Origin: an uncultured Bacteroidales bacterium
GTDB taxonomy: Bacteria > Bacteroidota > Bacteroidia > Bacteroidales > WCHB1-69
Direction of reading: 5' to 3'
DNA length: 64,000 nt
NCBI GenBank assembly: GCA_946186495.1
Contig: CAMHNQ010000002.1
Coordinates: 28,736-92,735, forward strand
Shown here piece by piece: positions 61,705 through 64,000 of this stretch (position 1 is its first letter; every line of letters begins with the position of its first letter). Below the pieces are notes generated by a model, which had not been told where the DNA came from, did not search any database, and saw only the letters and a program-made list of their open reading frames with translations. Both the position numbers and the translations under genes were made by a program.

Positions 61705-63771
61705 ATGTCCTCTCCGTTTGACAAATATCCGTTCGTTAAAAAGGAACTTCTGAAGGTTTTCGTCGCAGTTTTTGCCTTGACGATGGCCAGTGTGGCTTAC
61801 TACTTTTACATGAGGAAGGATGCACTGGTCTTATCGCAAAAGAGGGCGGAAGTCACTTTGCGAGGTACAGAGAAGATGATCCTCGCCCGAATGGGGAAGG
61901 TCGAGACTGCCGTGAATGCCATACAACCGTTAGTGGAATACGCACTTGACTCCCCCGACGATATGTTTGAGATTGCCCGCCACACGGTGGAGTCCAGTTC
62001 GCGAATCATCGGCGCAGGTATATCTTTCAAAGCGGACTACTACCCCGAGAAGGGACACTGGTACGAAGCGTACGTCGGTTATCAGAATGGGGATGACACA
62101 ATGGTCGCCAAACAGTTGGGGAGTGCGGAACACGATTACCTCCAGATGGACTGGTTTAAGACGGGGTTGGCTTCAGAGGAAGGGTTCTGGAGCAATCCCT
62201 ATTATGACAATGCCGGTGGGAAAACCCGCATGGTCTCATACGTTGTCCCGTTCTTTGACTCCACGGGCGCGGCAATTGGCGTGATAGTCGCGGATGTCTC
62301 CCTCGACACCCTCGCGAACATTGTCAGGGGAATGGTGCCATATCCCCACAGTTACTGCACGTTGATCGCCGGTGACGGCACTGTGCTGGTGGAGCCTTTG
62401 GTGACAGCCCGAGAGATCGGCAAATGCCATGTCTTCTCTGAGAATATCGATGGTAAGAACATGACGTTGAGCATCACCATACCCGATTCCGAAATGTACA
62501 GCCGGCTTCGGCGGTCAAGTGTCTTTTTCGGCATCATGGCCTTGACGGGCATTCTTTCCGTCGTCTTTATCGCCTCTCGTTTGGTGAGGAACTTGTTGAA
62601 ATTAAACGAGGTCCAAATCAAGGAACAGCGCATTGAGGATGAACTTGCCATAGCGCGCAACATCCAGGCTGCACTGCTTCCGTCCGCTCCCTTGACCGAC
62701 AGCACCCGCAACATAGATGTGAGCGGCCTGCAGGTCCCAGCCAAGTTCGTGGGCGGCGACCTCTTCGACTATTATGTCCGCGACGGGAAAATGCTGTTCT
62801 GCGTCGGCGACGTCTCTGGAAAAGGAGTGCCGGCCGCCCTGCTGATGGCCATTGCGCACAGCCTCTTCCGCGTCCTCTCCGCCCATAACGACCTGCCGGA
62901 ACGCATCATGGCAGACCTTAACACCGCCATCTGCGATAATAACCCCGACTTGATGTTTATAACGATGTTCTTGGGAATCATTGATCTGGAGACTGGTGCC
63001 GTTCGTTTTTGCAATGCCGGGCACAATCCGCCCATACTGATTCAGGACGGCAAGGCGGAATGCCTGTCTGCAGAGCCGTCCTTGTTGCTTGGAGTCGAGC
63101 CGTCTGCAGAATATGCGATTCACGAACTGGTGCTGCTCCCCGGGTCATCCCTTTTCCTTTACACTGACGGTCTGACCGAAGCGGAGAACGTGGGCAAGGA
63201 ACTCTTCGGGGAGCAGCGGGCTTTGTCCACCGCAGCGGGCTTCGGCAGTCTGTCAGCCGAAGAGCAGATTGGTCGGATGAGAGCGTCCGTGCACCAGTTT
63301 GTGGACGGCGCAGAGCAGAGCGACGACCTCACCCTGTTGTCTATCCGCTTCATGAAAGAAGGCTGCAAGTTGTGTTTGAGTAACGACATAGAGGAACTCA
63401 GTAAGTTGGAGCCGTTCCTGAATGACTTTTTCGAGCGCGAGGATCTTGACAAATCGATTTTGCCGCAGTTGGACCTCGCATTGGAGGAGGCGTTAACCAA
63501 TGTCATCATGTATGCCTATCCGGAAAACGAAAAAGGGATGGCGGAACTCACTCTGGAGGTCGTGGACGGGCGAATAGGTGCCACTCTCGCCGACAACGGC
63601 ACACCGTTCAACCCCTTGCAATGTGAAGAGGCCAACCTCGACGTCTCCTTGGAAGAACGTCAGATTGGCGGTCTGGGTATTCACCTGATCAAAGAAATTA
63701 TGGACGAGGTGGAGTATGTGCATGAAGAGGGGCGGAATGTCCTGAGGTTGTGGAAGAATATCGAGGAATGA
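61705..63771 (+). CDS. Membrane sensor (Cache-like) fused to a SpoIIE/RsbU-type PP2C phosphatase and a C-terminal RsbW-like ATPase/kinase domain
   Basis: Start ATG 61705 (MSSPFDKYPF.., TM helix VFVAVFALTMASVAYYFY). Extracytoplasmic region with YYPEKGHWYEAY..WSNPYYD (Cache-like) and a second TM helix. PP2C: VGGDLFDY..CVGDVSGKGVPAALLM..GHNPP..LYTDGLTEA..QSDDLTLLSIRF. C-terminal: LALEEALTNVIMYAY...DNGTPFNP...GGLGIHLIKEIMDEVEY (HATPase, anti-sigma-kinase-like). Confidence 0.85.
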   Translation: MSSPFDKYPFVKKELLKVFVAVFALTMASVAYYFYMRKDALVLSQKRAEVTLRGTEKMILARMGKVETAVNAIQPLVEYALDSPDDMFEIARHTVESSSRIIGAGISFKADYYPEKGHWYEAYVGYQNGDDTMVAKQLGSAEHDYLQMDWFKTGLASEEGFWSNPYYDNAGGKTRMVSYVVPFFDSTGAAIGVIVADVSLDTLANIVRGMVPYPHSYCTLIAGDGTVLVEPLVTAREIGKCHVFSENIDGKNMTLSITIPDSEMYSRLRRSSVFFGIMALTGILSVVFIASRLVRNLLKLNEVQIKEQRIEDELAIARNIQAALLPSAPLTDSTRNIDVSGLQVPAKFVGGDLFDYYVRDGKMLFCVGDVSGKGVPAALLMAIAHSLFRVLSAHNDLPERIMADLNTAICDNNPDLMFITMFLGIIDLETGAVRFCNAGHNPPILIQDGKAECLSAEPSLLLGVEPSAEYAIHELVLLPGSSLFLYTDGLTEAENVGKELFGEQRALSTAAGFGSLSAEEQIGRMRASVHQFVDGAEQSDDLTLLSIRFMKEGCKLCLSNDIEELSKLEPFLNDFFEREDLDKSILPQLDLALEEALTNVIMYAYPENEKGMAELTLEVVDGRIGATLADNGTPFNPLQCEEANLDVSLEERQIGGLGIHLIKEIMDEVEYVHEEGRNVLRLWKNIEE

Positions 63772-63802
63772 ATCAGGGTGTGTGCTTTTATCAAAAAAAC
63801 AT

Positions 63803-63810
63803 TATCTTTG
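63803..63810 (+). promoter_or_regulatory. Candidate -7 box (TATCTTTG) for the STAS gene
   Basis: tatctttg lies 51 nt upstream of the ATG at 63861. Confidence 0.5.
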
Positions 63811-63860
63811 CATTTTTTTCTGATCAGTTAATCGCTGATGTAAACCAAATAGTACTTTGT

Positions 63861-64000
63861 ATGGATATAAACATTATTGAAGAAGGAAACAACATCACCG
63901 CCGTGTTCGATGGCCGTTTGGACACCGTGGCGGCACAGCAAATAGCGGAAACGGTAGAGCCGCTGTTGCAACACGCAGACCGGAACATCGTTTTAGATTG
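63861..64000 (+). CDS. STAS-domain anti-sigma-factor antagonist (RsbV/SpoIIAA-like), 5' part only (runs off the right edge)
   Basis: Own translation: MDINIIEEGNNITAVFDGRLDTVAAQQIAETVEPLLQHADRNIVLD.. This is the typical STAS N-terminus (x-G-x-L-D..a..l...l). Confidence 0.75.
   Translation, partial: MDINIIEEGNNITAVFDGRLDTVAAQQIAETVEPLLQHADRNIVLD

Noticed and set aside
1-64000. Prophage, integrative element or defence island (integrase, transposase, restriction-modification, toxin-antitoxin, Cas).
   Set aside because: I recognised no such genes in any frame. The tRNA-Val at 38056 is flanked by ordinary metabolic genes with no direct repeat of its 3' end nearby.

Overview
This is a 64-kb chromosomal segment from a GC-rich Bacteroidota genome, probably Bacteroidales-like. 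I infer the taxon from type A and type B T9SS C-terminal sorting domains, TAnnTTTG -7 promoter boxes upstream of most starts, many lipoprotein signal peptides, and the overall gene content. I support about 37 protein genes and one tRNA-Val(CAC). I saw no rRNA, CRISPR array, integrase or transposase.

Gene layout:
- 1-18.4 kb: the 5' end of ligA, then a surface-protein island. It holds two paralogous giant type A T9SS cargo proteins (2251 and 2021 aa), a C10 cysteine protease with a T9SS CTD, and dcp.
- 18.6-29 kb: housekeeping and metabolic genes. These are an Fe-ADH, an HdrB-like/HdrA-like pair, a LysM esterase, a sigma-54 activator, an LptE-like lipoprotein, a nitroreductase and a GH2 beta-mannosidase.
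- 29-33 kb: a PNGase F-like gene tightly coupled to a 663-aa protein made of five repeats.
- 33-49 kb: core genes. These are tsf, rpsB, rpsI, rplM, cdd, tRNA-Val, a GH3-family gene, a HAD hydrolase, glgB, RNase H1, a GldH-like lipoprotein, a YfcC-family carrier, a DUF3667 protein and an outer-membrane barrel protein.
- 49-61 kb: an orphan secreted protein, then a two-gene locus. It encodes a 799-aa protein and a 2419-aa type B T9SS cargo protein.
- 61.7-64 kb: a partner-switching module (Cache-PP2C-RsbW-like fusion followed by a STAS protein).

Most unusual observations:
1. The 2419-aa gene contains three near-identical 1626-bp tandem repeats with block-mosaic identity. Each repeat carries a P-domain-like fold split by a variable insert.
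2. A three-hairpin REP-like element occurs three times within 4 kb, always in the 5' leader of a plus-strand gene, and shows compensatory stem changes.
3. Several heptamer tandem repeats are present, one of them inside the T9SS sorting domain of a giant gene.

All functional calls rest on reading motifs by eye. No database search was run.
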